Shown here piece after piece: positions 13,111-25,842 of a DNA stretch of 64,000 nt. A program made the position numbers and the translations under genes. The DNA is taken from assembly GCA_951406725.2 (NCBI GenBank), contig OX597839.1, forward strand, positions 22,196,001-22,260,000, written 5' to 3'. The DNA is from Octopus vulgaris (taxonomy: Eukaryota). Positions within the stretch are counted from its first letter, which is position 1; each line of letters begins with the position of its first letter. Below the pieces are notes generated by a model. It saw nothing but the letters and a program-made list of their open reading frames with translations. It did no database searches and was not told where the DNA came from.

Positions 13111-13754
13111 AAATATTCTAAATATTCTAAGGTGGTGGGTGTAGTGGTGCGAGGAGGCCTCTGTCTGGCCCTGGTCGGCCTCCAAGGCGTCGGCACCCAA
13201 CACCAAACCCGAGGCATGTTTTTCAGCCATCATCAGATTTGGGACCGGTGGGTTTTCTGGAGACTACAATTTCTGGGTCCTGCTCCTTCTATTTTTTTGT
13301 TTTTTGTTGTAGTCGATCGCCTCTCTTCGTTCTCCTGTTATTGTTGTTGTTGGCTCTGTTGCTGTCCATTGCCCCCTCTCCTCGTCCTCTGCCTTTCTAG
13401 CCCCGCAAAATTAACCTCTCTCCAATACCGAGTGGATTTTATTGTTACACAGGTAACAGCAGGGGTTTTCTGCCCTGCAACAACCAGTCTTACCAATTCT
13501 CTCTCTGCACCAACGATACGGTACAGTTCTTAAATATGTTTCTGGTTATCGGGGATCGTCAGAACTTGTATGCCACACCCGCAACCAACGGTAGCAGTAT
13601 GTCGACGGGCAAAAGCTGCCAGGAGTGCGCCGTGAAGGTAGCGACCAACCAAAATTCTCTCTCCTTTCCAGTATCTTTGTCATCTTTTGCCTTCTAAAGG
13701 ACACAGATCGAAGCAGCAAATGGTACGCAGATGTGTGACACACCACCACCATTT

Positions 13755-14257
13755 AAGGTGGCGAGCTGGCAGAAACGTTAGCACGCTGGGCGAAGTGCTT
13801 AGCGGTATTTCGTCTGCCGTTACGTTCTGAGTTCAAATTCCGCCGAGGTTGACTTTGCCTTTCATCCTTTTGGGGTTGATTAAATAAGTACCAGTTACGC
13901 ACTGGGGTCGATATAATCGACTTAATCCGTTTGTCCGTCATTGTTTGCCCCCTCTGTGTTTAGCCCCTTGTGTGTAGTAAAGAAATAGGTATTTCGTCTG
14001 CCGCTACGTTCTGAGTTCAAATTCCGCCAAGGTCGACTTTGCCTTTCATCATTTCGGGGTCGATCAAATAAGTACCAGTTACGCACTGGGGTCGATATAA
14101 TCGACTTAATCCGTTTGTCCGTCATTGTTTGCCCCCTCTGTGTTTAGCCCCTTGTGGATAGTAAAGAAATAGGTATTTCGTCTGCCGCTACGTTCTGAGT
14201 TCAAATTCCGCCAAGGTCGACTTTGCCTTTCATTCTTTCGGGGTCGATCAAATAAGT
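13755..14257 (+). mobile_element. SINE family A trimer
   Basis: Two AAAGAAATA-GGTATTTCGTCTG junctions about 184 bp apart. Confidence 0.88.
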
Positions 14258-14597
14258 GCCTTTCGTTATGGCCATTAGTCTCACTCTCCCCTACATCTTC
14301 TTCGTTCCATGGAACTAACACCTTTCAATGCATCGGGTTTAGTTTCTCATCATCAATTTCCCAATCGTTGGATTGGGAAAAGTGTATTTTCTTTTAATTG
14401 AACTCATTTTTATAACACCCATCGCCTAACGCATGCGCATAAGTGCTATTCCGTGAAATATTCACGCTTATTTACGTGGAAGATATATGCAATTTATATA
14501 AAGGTCGTATCATACGTATGGGATATTTTTGTTTTGTTTATGGGAAAAATGGAAAACTAAGAGTGAATAATTATTTTAAGAGTGCATATATTGACTT

Positions 14598-15025
14598 TAC
14601 CAATTTCCCTTTCTTAAAAGTGACTTTGGCACACTTTTCAAGACCAAACTCCATCCCGATATCATCACTGAATCCTTTCAAGCTCTTCATCATCTTTGCC
14701 ATATAGCTTTAAATCATCCATATAAAATAGATGGCTTATTTTCCTGTTGTCAATTATGTAGCCATATCCTGTTCTATTCAGTTCACTTGAGAGTGGTATT
14801 AGTGCTATGCAGAAAATTAGTGGTGAAAGTGAGTCACCACAGTTTATGCTAATGTTGTTTGAGCGCAATACTCCATTAGAATGATATAATTGGAGCTTCG
14901 TGTTCCATAGTGACATATTATACTTTAAAAAATCTGAAATCACAGGAGAAATTTTGAAAATGTCCAGCGATTTCTGAATCCACGAATGCGGTATGCTGTC
15001 AAAGGCTTTTTTATAATCAATCCAT
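14598..15025 (-). mobile_element. Dong/R4-like reverse transcriptase fragment
   Basis: WIDYKKAFDSIPHSWI...GDSLSPLIFCIAL...SHLFYMDDLKLY...IGMEFGLEKCA. Confidence 0.88.
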
Positions 15026-15519
15026 GAAGATTTATAAGTCTATAAAATTGTGCATAAAGTGTATATACAAAGTGCATCAAGTAATCCTCGTATTCCAATT
15101 TCTTTCAGTTTTCAATGTGTAGCAGATGGACGACTCAGACACAACACAGGCTACGCTTTCTGTTCCTTTTTTTAGATAAAGTTTTCAGAAATAACCAATT
15201 AGGCTTACCATTAATTCCGTGAAATATTCACGACTGCCGCTAGATCAGGACAAATGTGAATATTTGTTTTGTCACTTTACTTTGTCAGCTTTATTAAAAA
15301 AAGAAAAATGATGCTTTTCTTTACAAAATTTTCGAAAATATCTTCAAATCTTAAAAGGGACAGATACGAACCCATTACTTACCTTTTCGGTTAGCCTCGC
15401 TTACCGCCACCTCGGTGGAATAGACCACGTTAATATATAAGCAAACGAATGCTTTCAATATAATATAATATAATATAATATAATATAATATAATATAATA
15501 TAATATATATATATATATA

Positions 15520-16114
15520 CAAATTGAGATAGGGGTTGTAAATGCAACCCTCTATAGGATAACATATATCCAATATACTGCTAATGAAGTACCCAACAAA
15601 GTTAATACATAAATGTTAATGATTGCGATGCAATCAATTCATTTACTGTATTATATGGGCAAAGGTAAAATGATTTACCACAAATTACTAATACAAGATA
15701 AGAAAATGGAGAAATACATCTAAATCAAATATTAATTACCAGATAATACTCAATCACATACTTTATTAAACCACCACATAAGAGACTGTAGGGTTAGATA
15801 TAAAAAGCAGAACAAATCAGTGTACATAAAGGAATGTACATAAAAAAGTGTACATAAAAGAGTAATGTTGTATAATAAGTAGAATATATATAAAAAAAGA
15901 GAATATAAATATAAGTAAATATAAATATAAGTATAGATTATATCTTACAGCTGTTTCGGTACACTTTTTTATGTATATTCCTTTATGTACACTGATTTGT
16001 TCTGCTTTTTTATATTTAACCCTACAGTCTCTTATGTGGTGGTTCAATAAAGTATGTGATTGAGTATTATCTGGTAATTGATATTTGATTTAGATGTATT
16101 TCTCCATTTTCTTA

Positions 16115-16117
<3 letters not shown>
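15520..16117. mobile_element. Penelope-type terminal-repeat foldback element in (TA)n
   Basis: About 157-bp inverted arms (~15697-15853 and ~15959-16117), hammerhead half CCGAAACAGCTGTAAGA on the minus strand at ~15943-15959, (TA)n on both sides. Confidence 0.6.
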
Positions 16118-16184
<67 letters not shown>

Positions 16185-16395
16185 AGGCTTAATGACAGAA
16201 TGTCTTCTTTTTCGATCTCAGGGCAAACGGGATGACAGGGAAATATAGTTGGGATATGAAAATGTTCGAAAGCTTGTTTTGATTAAACAGAAGCGAGGTG
16301 ATCTTTCTGGCAATCCCTTTGAAGGCACCAGTTCTCCCAAAATACAACTAATAACAACAACAACAATATTAGTTATAATAATAATAATAATAATA

Positions 16396-16443
<48 letters not shown>

Positions 16444-16449
16444 GTAATA

Positions 16450-16770
16450 TTTCGACAGTTTCTCAAAAAAAAATGTAGAACTATAAGGAGCTTGAGATTG
16501 ATATATCTGGGGTATGGCATTTCAAAACCAAAACCACCCCTGTTGTTGTGGGTACCCTGGGAATGATGAAAGGCAGTGACAAATGTTTTTGACCGGATCC
16601 CTGGGAAACCAACAATCTTTGAGACTCAAGGAATTGTGTTGACATCAGCCGCCGACATCACATTCTCAGCCAGTTTCTTTCCATCTCATAAACACATTTC
16701 TTAGAACTTTGGTTGAGACTCGGTCAGAAGATGAAATAAAATGCAAATTAATCGGAAAATAATAATTATA
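16450..16770 (+). mobile_element. Degenerate Dong/R4-like 3' end
   Basis: ELEIDISGVWHFKTKTTPVVVGTLGMM resembles the end of a restriction-like endonuclease domain; lies next to (TAA)n. Confidence 0.55.
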
Positions 16771-17203
16771 AGAATGCTTAGCGACATTTCTTCCGGCTCG
16801 AAGTTTTGAGTTCAAATCCTGCCTTTCATCCTTTCGGGGTGGGGTGGGAGGTGTTTGATAAGATAAAGTACCAGTCGACTATTTGTGTTAGTGTAGTCGA
16901 CCAACCCCCTCACCCCCCCTTTATTTGCTAAAGTTTGGAATAAAATCATTTATTATCAAAGACCTTTATTATTTCATTTGCTCAATTAGAACGTTGCACA
17001 GATTCTCGATGTTTTCGGCAAATTGTCTCCGAATTCCAGTGAGCAGCGATGGAAACCGTTTTTGGTTGGCTGGGAATGGTATTGTAGAAAAATGGTCGGG
17101 AATCTTTCACGTGAATCACTGGAGGATCTGTTCTGGTATTTCTTACTTCCACTGGCACCCAATAAGGGAGTCGGACTGGAAGTTGCCTGAAACAAATCAC
17201 AAG

Positions 17204-17265
<62 letters not shown>

Positions 17266-17321
17266 GAAGCTCCTGTATGAAGATTAGTGGTAATTTTTTT
17301 TTTATGAAAACTTAATAATTT

Positions 17322-17825
17322 AACGTAAAGTGTACTAGCCATCTGAATGTGGCTAGCCACTGGGGGTGGGGTGTTACTGACGCTTTTAGCCCCAGGAGAT
17401 CAACGTCACCAGCTGGCCTTAGACACAATTTCAGAGATTTATTAATGAGATTTTCAGAGATTTATTAATGTTTTCAAACAGTTTTTCTAAATCAGTGACA
17501 GTGGTTGCTGTGAAAAACGTTAAATATTATTTGCAAGGGTCTCCTTCATCGAAAACCGGTGTTTACCATGCGTTGACGAGAGGCAATTACCTCGAAACTA
17601 TAGTCCGTATGTAGCACTTAGGTTTTCGAGGGAGGATGACCTCCTTTTGCAAATAACACAAGGGCACTGAATTGTGTCTAAGGCCGGCTGGTGACGTTGA
17701 TCTCCTGGGGCTAAAAGCGTCAGTAACACCCCACTCCCAGTGGCTAGCCACATTCAGATGGCTAGTACACTTTACGTTGTCGAGCGGTTACTGTTTATAT
17801 CTCGTTCAGAGATTTATTAATGCTT
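17322..17825. mobile_element. Penelope-type foldback element carrying a hammerhead
   Basis: About 108-bp inverted arms (17322-17429 and 17670-17779) with the hammerhead between them. Homologous by eye to 23841-24115. Confidence 0.6.
17567..17611 (+). ncRNA. Minimal type-I hammerhead ribozyme motif (U3 variant)
   Basis: Stem I CATGCG/CGTATG, core TTGACGA, stem II GAGG-caatta-CCTC, GAAA, palindromic ACTATAGT, triplet GTC (17603-17605). Confidence 0.72.
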
Positions 17826-17844
17826 AATAATTTAACTTTACTTG

Positions 17845-18842
17845 AAAAGAAAATTTCTAACAGTACACCGAATCGCTTGTCCAATGGTTATACAGGAAGC
17901 GCGCCCATCAGGAGGCTGCCAGCCTGATGGCGAAAAATTTTCAAATGGCAGAATATCTTCCCCGAATACGAACCTGGAAGGTCACTTAAACGGGATTTGT
18001 CCCAAATTAAGCCCCCAGAGTTCACCACCACAACGACCAGAAAATCAAAAAGTAAAAGAACTAAATGGAATCGGGAAGAATATAAAGAAGTAATATATGC
18101 TTATTACTTTGCATTAAGTAGGCCAACCCAAGAGAAACACACTGCAAACTCCTACAGAATTTGGAGGAGCCGGAATCCAGCGAGCAGACCAAACCTAGAT
18201 GAAAACAGATTAGCAAATGTTGGAAGAGATATCTTCAGAAATACCAAACTCACAGATGCAGAATTAACCTCTATTAAAAAAGTGGTAGAGAATGACCTAA
18301 ATGTAAGTCAGGAAAGAAATAACGAAGCTGAGGAGAGGAATGTTGGGCCACAAGCATTGACTGAAAGGCGACCATCTGCCGAAACGACTCAAGATCCTGA
18401 AGAAAAAGGAAAATGTAATGACCCTAGAAAAAACAGCCCGGAAAATGATGTCGAAACAGAATTTGAAGACCACATGTTTGTTAAACAACACAGAAAATCT
18501 ATCATTGAAATGAAGCAAGAAGTTCTGAATGAGCTTGCAGTTGTAGGGCATACAACTATGAATGATAGGGAACCACTCCATAAACTCTCAAATGCACACC
18601 AACATAAAACACAAATAAAAATTGGCAACTGCGTTACACAAGAAATCATACAACAACTAAAACCCGAAATGAAATTATTTACTCTGTCGCTAAGGCAATC
18701 GAAAGATGCTGTTTAACACCCAAAAAGCCAACAATACCAAATTCGAAAAGAAAATCAAACTGGAGGAGTAGAATTGAAACTGAAATTGAATCATTGCGAA
18801 GGGAGATATCAATATTAACTGAGCTAATCTCTGGAAATGATG
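17845..18842 (+). mobile_element. 5' part of a Dong/R4-like non-LTR retrotransposon ORF
   Basis: RTKWNREEYKEVIYAYY...RLANVGRDI and, after a frameshift, WRSRIETEIESLRREISIL; this N-terminus is typical of R4/Dong-type elements. It stops at the mariner. Confidence 0.7.
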
Positions 18843-18844
18843 TA

Positions 18845-20135
18845 CGAGGGACGTTCAATAAGTAATGCCTCTGACCCACTTGCAGTTGTTTGATCTAGCT
18901 GAAATTTTGTATGTGCAATCATTTATATCTCTATAGAGTAAGTAGCAAATTACAGCTCTGAATTAATTGTGGTTTCTGATTTACAGGTGTTTGAACCGAG
19001 TCAAGTGTGAAATGGAGCCTGTTGAGTGTCGAGCAGTGATCCTGTTTTTGTATTTGAAAGGACGCACACCACGGGAGACTTTTGATGAAATGAAAGTAAC
19101 TTATGGTGATGATGCCCCATCATATGACCTTGTAAAACGCTGGCATCGTGAATTCAAACATGGTCAGAACTCTGTGGAAACAGCTCCCAGATCTGGTCGC
19201 CCCTTCTGCCATTGATGATGCATCTGTCCGCCAAGTTGAGGCTGCCATTTTGGAAGATCGACGCATAATTATTCGCCAAATAGCCCATGAGGTCAAAATT
19301 AGTACCGGGTCTGTGGAAACTATCATTCATGACCATTTGCATATGCAAAAGGTGTCTGCCAGATGGATTCCCAGGTTGCTCACGCCTTTCCAGAAGCAAG
19401 AACGCGTCGAGTGCTCGAGGGTGAATTTGGAGATGTGCCAAGAAGATGAGTCAAAATTTTTCAAAAGACTGATTACACAGGATGAAACCTGGGTCCATCA
19501 CGATGATCCAGAGACCAAAGCCCAGTCAATGCAGTGGAAGCACCGTGACTCACCCCCTCCAAAGAAGGCAAGGGTGCAGCCCTCCGCTGGCAAGGTCATG
19601 CTCACAGTCTTCTGGGACCAGGACGGAGTAGTGATGACAGATTTTCTGGCAAAGGGTACCACAATTGCAGGAGCCTATTATGCTTCACTTTTGAGGAAAT
19701 TAAGAGAAGTTATCAAAATCAAGAGGCGGGGCAAGATCAGCAAAGGCATCCTCCTCCTGCAGGACAACGCTCCGGTCCACAACTCGCTTGTCGCCAGATC
19801 AGAGGCACAGGCGTATGGATATGAACTCCTCCCCCATCCCCCTACTTTCCTGACCTTGCACCCTCTGATTTTTACCTCTTCCCAGTCATGAAGTTGTTTT
19901 TGAAAGGAAAGCGTTTCCCAGATGATGCAGCCTTGATTTCTGAAGTCACGTCGTGGTTGGAGGACCAAGCTGGGGGTCTTCTACAAAAACGGTCTCCAGA
20001 GCTGCATCAAACAATGGGAGAAATGCGTAACTCTGGGTGGTTCCTATGTAGAAAAAGACTAATAACTGTGCCAAGTTTCGTTGCTCTACTGCTATGGGAA
20101 GTGGGTCAGAGGCATTACTTATTGAACGCCCCTCG
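18845..20135 (+). mobile_element. Full-length mariner (DD34D) transposon with frameshifted transposase
   Basis: TA target duplication, about 35-bp TIRs CGAGGG(A/G)CGTTCAATAAGTAATGCCTCTGACCCAC, transposase from ATG 19012 to TAA 20062 with WIPRLL, DETW, QDNA and PDLAPSD motifs and about three frameshifts. Confidence 0.95.
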
Positions 20136-20404
20136 TAGCTTTTGAATGCCGTCGAACTTGTCTCGTGTATGGAATCGCTATGCCGTCCCAGACCTGGGAA
20201 TAGTTGGCCAATAATATTCTAATCCCCATTAAACTTATTGTGTACAAGCATCCAGTTTCTGGCGGCTCTTATATTCGACTGCAGTTGTCTTCGTTTATTC
20301 GAATACAATTTTATCCCCTAATACAATTTTGATAAGTTACACCTGACATTAACAAACAACTAACGTTAGACATCAACCCAGATTTGTTCTACAGAGAAAC
20401 TTAC

Positions 20405-21071
20405 TTGAGTCCAAAAATATTTCCTTCCACTTGCATCAACCAGCCATTTTTTCTCAGATTCTGCCTGTAGCTGTCTGGATTGTATAACTCAGCTTCTTTC
20501 AAGGCTAAAGATCGAACTTTCTTACAAGTCAATGTTATTTCTTGACCCTCCTCGTAGTTCAACACAGAAATCCTGTTTTTTTCGTCATCACATCTTTCTT
20601 TAGAAATAGCTTCTGTAAGAGAATTCCCCGGTGAGTCATTTTGCGAAATTCTATGATCTGCTGAAGAGAAGTCAACATCGTTATGAGGAGTTTTCCTCGA
20701 TTGGTTCAGCTGTTCATTTGTTAAGACCAAACCTTCGCTTCTTTTTGGTGATCGTGTCTTGTTGAAAAGGTGCTTGTTTTGAACAGACGAAACAACATGG
20801 CAAGTACTGGGCCGTTTAGGTTGGTCTGGAACCCGGTACTCCCGGCATTGACTTCGATGAAATGTGGATTGTCTTTGGAAAACAAATGGTTTGGAACTGG
20901 ACCTGCTGGAGCCAGGGGCACTTTTACAACGACTGAGGAACTCTTTGGGTGTCATTTCCAGCTCTGTTTGAAGGGCAGTTTTCTGGCGAATTATTCCACC
21001 AATGGTCGGGATTCCACTGTTGAAGGGTCTACAGCTCTTGGGTCTTTGGTTCCGGTAGAGGCACTCGGTCA
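20405..21071 (-). CDS. Large exon of uncharacterised gene B (Ser/Arg/Lys-rich protein)
   Basis: 667 nt of non-repetitive open frame (TECLYRNQRPKSCRP...NGWLMQVEGNIFGL) with a polypyrimidine tract and tttttcag| acceptor. Ends at AA|gtaagt; alternatively it reads to TAA at 20401 with AATAAA at 20294-20299. Confidence 0.7.
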
Positions 21072-21320
21072 CTGAAAAATAAATTTTGATAACGGTAAAG
21101 AAAGAAAGGAAGAAAGAACGAAAAGACAAACACACCCCACGCCACACTCCTCACTCTCGCAAAGAAAAAGAAAGCATCCGTAAACCAATTCCATTCTTAG
21201 TCCAGGTATAATCTGTGTGTGTGTGTTTGTATGTGTGAGTGTGTGTGTTTGTGTGTATCTGTGTGCATGTATGTGTGCGTGCATGTGTGCGTGCGTGCGC
21301 TCTGCCCCAATTGTAGTCTC

Positions 21321-21685
21321 AAGGTCGTGAACTGGCAGAATCGTTTAGCACGCCGGACCAAATGCTTAGCGGTATTTCGTCTGTCTTTATGTTCTGCGTT
21401 CAAATTCCGCCGAGGTCGACTTTGCCTTTCATCCTTTCGAGGTCGATTAAATACCAGTTACGCACTGGGGTCGATATAATCGACTTAATCCGTTTGTCTG
21501 TCCTTGTTTGTCCTGTCTGTGTTTAGCCCTTTGTGGGTAGTAAAGAAATAGGTATTTCGTCTGCCGTTACGTTCTGAGTTCAAATTCCTCTGAGGTCGAC
21601 TTTGCTTTTTATCCTTTCGGGGGTCGATAAAAATAAGCACTCCGAAATTGCTGGCCTTGTGTCAAAATATGAAATCAATATTATA
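21321..21685 (+). mobile_element. SINE family A nested dimer
   Basis: Diverged head, young tail, then second body with old tail. Confidence 0.85.
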
Positions 21686-21757
21686 ATGAGGTCAAGGGTT
21701 TCTGCATCTGTGAATAACAGCGGAAGTCCCAGAATTGTACAGAAATATCGTTAACAA

Positions 21758-21788
<31 letters not shown>

Positions 21789-22223
21789 ATCTCTCTCTGT
21801 ATGTTGATATATACACACACAGACATGCGGGAAGTAAATAGACACCTTTAATTTTCAAAATCTTTCATTTAATACGCAAAGCGAACAATTGAAATGTAAT
21901 CGATAGGTAGGACTACATACTTTAGTATTTAATTGGCATTCCCCTTGCAGTTTTTTATGAATTTTTGTGTATTTATAAATCTTCGTATGTTTATATATTT
22001 ATAAATTCTTATAAATTGTTATCGTGGTTCATGTATGTGAACGCAGCTATACATACTGTGGAGAATTTCGATAATTTGAAATGGACTGAATGAATATATA
22101 CACCGATCTCTGAAATTTGCTTCTCTCCTTAATTTTATATTCCTGAAGTTCCATTTTGAGGGCTAATTGGTTGAACAGCATCAAGTAGATGACTATATCA
22201 TTTACCCCTTCATTATATATAGT

Positions 22224-22262
<39 letters not shown>

Positions 22263-22784
22263 CTTTCTCCCCTACTCTCTGTCTGCCGTCTCTCTCGTTG
22301 TAGACTCCATCAATAAAGATAACTATTAACGTCTAAACTAGTGCGAATGGCTATTTTTTCTCGAATTAAACTAAAATCTCATTAGATTGATTCCGTTTCT
22401 TTTCTGTCCACTGAGAAATAAAATCGACTGTGGGGTGGGGAACCACTATCTTTTTCTTCTCACTGCAAACCAAAAATTATGTACCATATCTATAAAAGGC
22501 ATGATGTGTTAGTGTGTGTGTGTACGTGATTGTAATTTAAGCACGTCCACAAATTAGTACGCATGTCGCTCAAATTTTAGGAGGATATTCGTCAACATCC
22601 TATCTGGGTTTTGTCAATTCATTTTTTCCCGAGGCACCCGCGGATAGCGTAAAAATCTATTTTCAGCCATAGCTTTTAGCCATAGAAAAAATATCGGCCA
22701 TAGCTTTTTTGACGGCGTCAAACAAAAAATAATAAGATAAAGAAAAGTGAGAGAAGGAGGCTGAGAGTTTCACAGGAAAGACAA

Positions 22785-22860
<76 letters not shown>

Positions 22861-23477
22861 AGTAACGACGTTCATAAAAAACAAAATGTAAAATGTTTTG
22901 TTTTTTGTTTTTGAAAGACACTATATTTTATAATCATAGTATATATACTTTCTCACACAATAATTACAATATATTTATTTTAAATCATTTATTTATTTTA
23001 AATCGTTCATCTTTCTACCTTCTCTCTCTCTCTCACACACACATTACTTTGGGTGCGAAAGAGTTTTGTTTTTATTTTACGCTGAGTAAAAAAGTGTTTT
23101 GTTGACAATTCATTTATTTAACAACAAAGAAACAAAGAGGTGAGTAATAATTTGTCAGTGAATTACACAATATAAATGAGTACAATTTGCGAGGCTTCCA
23201 CCACACACCACTCCGTTTCACAGACCACAAAAAGGGTTTTGAGGCCAGAGCAGTTGATTCCACGCAACCCGCCCCCCATTTTTTTCATAGTGAAAATCGG
23301 GCGAGTGTTAATCTACAAATTTAACAATATTTTCTCCATTCATTTCTGTTTATGAACATGTATGTGTGCACAAAACATGCAATAGGTGTACGTACGTACG
23401 TGTATGTTTGTTCGTGTCTGTTGCCCATATATATTTATATTGTATCATATTATATATATATAATATATATAATATAT

Positions 23478-23563
<86 letters not shown>

Positions 23564-23565
<2 letters not shown>

Positions 23566-23766
23566 GGAGTAAACACATAAATGTGAAACAAGGTGGAAAA
23601 AAGAGTACTCAAATACCAGTGGTAGAGTAATATGCTTTAAAGCAGCAGAAAATTCAACAAAATCTGTTACTCTGAGTTTCTCGTTGCCGTTCATCAGACA
23701 GTTTTTGCTCGGCAACGAGAAACTCGGTAACAGATTTTGTTGAATTTTCTGCTGCTTTAAATAAAG
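23564..23766. mobile_element. Penelope-type foldback element in (TA)n
   Basis: Inverted arms 23636-23689 and 23710-23761, hammerhead motif, (TA)n flanks. Confidence 0.62.
23659..23706 (-). ncRNA. Minimal type-I hammerhead ribozyme motif
   Basis: Minus strand aaaaaCTGT CTGATGA a-CG-gcaa-CG-a GAAA CTCaGAG TA ACAGatttt, triplet GTA, inside an inverted repeat. Confidence 0.68.
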
Positions 23767-23840
<74 letters not shown>

Positions 23841-23843
<3 letters not shown>

Positions 23844-24114
23844 GTAAAGTATAGAAGCCATCTTATCATGGCTAACCACTTTGGGGAGGGGGTGTTACTG
23901 TAGCTTTATAGCCCCAAGAGATCTTCGTCTCTAGCTGGCTTTAGACACAATATCAGTGTCCTTGGAGTATTTGCAAAGGGAGGCCATCCCTTCCTCGCAA
24001 GCCTGAGTGATACGCTCGAACTAGTTTCGGGATTGTTGCCATGATAAGATGGCTTCTATACTTTACATTATCGAGCGATTACTGTTTCAATCTCATTCTG
24101 AGATTTAATTATGC

Positions 24115-24115
<1 letters not shown>
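23841..24115. mobile_element. Penelope-type foldback element related to 17322-17825
   Basis: 32-bp perfect inverted arms 23841-23872 and 24038-24069, minus-strand hammerhead half CCCGAAACTAGTTCG, (TA)n flanks. Confidence 0.55.
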
Positions 24116-24145
<30 letters not shown>

Positions 24146-24147
24146 AT

Positions 24148-24482
24148 ACTGAAGCTCCGGCGTCTGGCGACGGACTTGGTAAACACCCACAAGGTTATCA
24201 ACCACCTCACCAACAACAACACTGAACACCCTTTTGATCTCCATGTGTCTAACACACGTGGACATGCCTACAAAGTCAGAAAACAACACAGCTCCCAAGA
24301 CTTTCGGAAACATTTCTTCACGCTCAGAGTTGCTGAAGCATGGAATAAACTGCCTGCGTCAGTTGTTGACTGCCATGACACTGCATCTTTTAAGGCCCTC
24401 ATGCTTTTGGAAATCCGCCGAAACTACACCTGATTATATATACACTTTAGATGAGTTGTAGTGCACCTGAGCACTGTACACA

Positions 24483-24513
<31 letters not shown>
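24148..24513 (+). mobile_element. CR1-type LINE 3' end with (TTA)n tail
   Basis: LRRLATDL...NTRGHAYKV...RKHFFTLRVAEAWNKLP, a CR1-group C-terminus. Confidence 0.85.
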
Positions 24514-24515
<2 letters not shown>

Positions 24516-24785
24516 ACTAATTTCAACGGATTTCGCCCAAATATGACGTCGATATTTCTTAGTTTGGTTTGAAATAAGGAACTCGATTAGCTTAATAATC
24601 GTAACTTAATCCCGGGCAAGGCCGGATTATACTGCTAGTATACTATATTTATTAGTTTTGAAAATATTCCATACTTCCTTCATAGAACAACCCGAACCAA
24701 TTTTAATAAAGCATAATTTATGGCGGAAAAGGCAGAGTTGCGTCCCCTACATTTATGGCTTAGTCAAATATCTATGTACTCGGGT

Positions 24786-25344
24786 GTGTGCATGCATGTA
24801 TGTATGTATGTATGTATGTATGTGTGTATGTATGTATGTATGTATGTATGTATGTATGTATGCATGTATGTATGTATGTGTGTGTGTATGTGTGTATGTA
24901 TGTGTGTATGTATGTATGTACGTATGTACGTATGTATGTATGTATGTATGTATGTATGTATGTATGTATGTATGTATGTATATATGTATGTATCTATGTA
25001 TGTATGTATGTATGTATGTATGTATGTATGTATGTATGTATGTATGTATGTATGTATGTATGTATGTATGTATGTATGTGTGTGTGTATGTGTGTATGTA
25101 TGTGTGTATGTATGTATGTACGTATGTACGTATGTACGTATGTATGTATGTATGTATGTATGTATGTATGTATGTATGTATGTATGTATGTATGTATCTA
25201 TGTATGTATGTATGTATGTATGTATGTATGTATGTATGTATGTATGTATGTATGTATGTACGTACGTACGTACGTATGTATGTATGTATGTATGTGTGTG
25301 TATGTATGTATGTATGTGTGTGTGTGTATGTATGTGTGTATGTA

Positions 25345-25379
<35 letters not shown>

Positions 25380-25579
25380 ATGTATGTATGTATGTATGTA
25401 TGTATGTATGTATGTATGTGTGTGTGTGTATGTATGTATGTATGTATGTGTGTGTGTATGTATGTATGTATGTGTGTGTGTATGTATGTATGTATGTATG
25501 TGTGTGTGTATGTATGTATGTATGTGTGTGTGTATGTATGTATGTATGTATGTATGTATGTGTGTGTATGTATGTATGT
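24786..25579. repeat. (TATG)n/(TG)n microsatellite
   Basis: About 790 bp read directly. Confidence 0.98.
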
Positions 25580-25765
25580 CATTATGCAGTTTATTTCAAG
25601 CTTTCTTGTCAATGAAGAACCGGTTTCTAACCTAGATCCCAGGTTCCTTCATTGGAATTTCAACCTAACAGGGTATGGATGGATGGATGCATACATGCAT
25701 GTAAGTAGCTGAATACGAACAACATACCCACACTACCAAATAATCTATACCTGTATATCTAACCA

Positions 25766-25812
<47 letters not shown>

Positions 25813-25842
25813 TCTTCTTGTTCCAGCTCAGAGCTGTGGCCC

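Larger units (their letters stand above)
22487..24637 (+). mobile_element. Probable Helitron-like element with nested insertions
   Basis: 3' end CCCGGGCAAGGCCGGATTATACTGCTAG at 24611-24637. The candidate 5' end TCTATAAAAGGC... at ~22489 is tentative. Confidence 0.45.

Noticed and set aside
13140-13190. Minus-strand GGCCTCCTCGC resembling the HDV ribozyme L3 loop
   Set aside because: I could not build P3, P1 or P2 pairings around it.
13524-13566. Minus-strand CTGACGA...GAAAC possible hammerhead
   Set aside because: Stem II is unpaired and the stem I register is off.
24658-25712. Long ORFs such as [12 protein letters not shown] and poly-I/N/L here and elsewhere
   Set aside because: These are translations of microsatellites.
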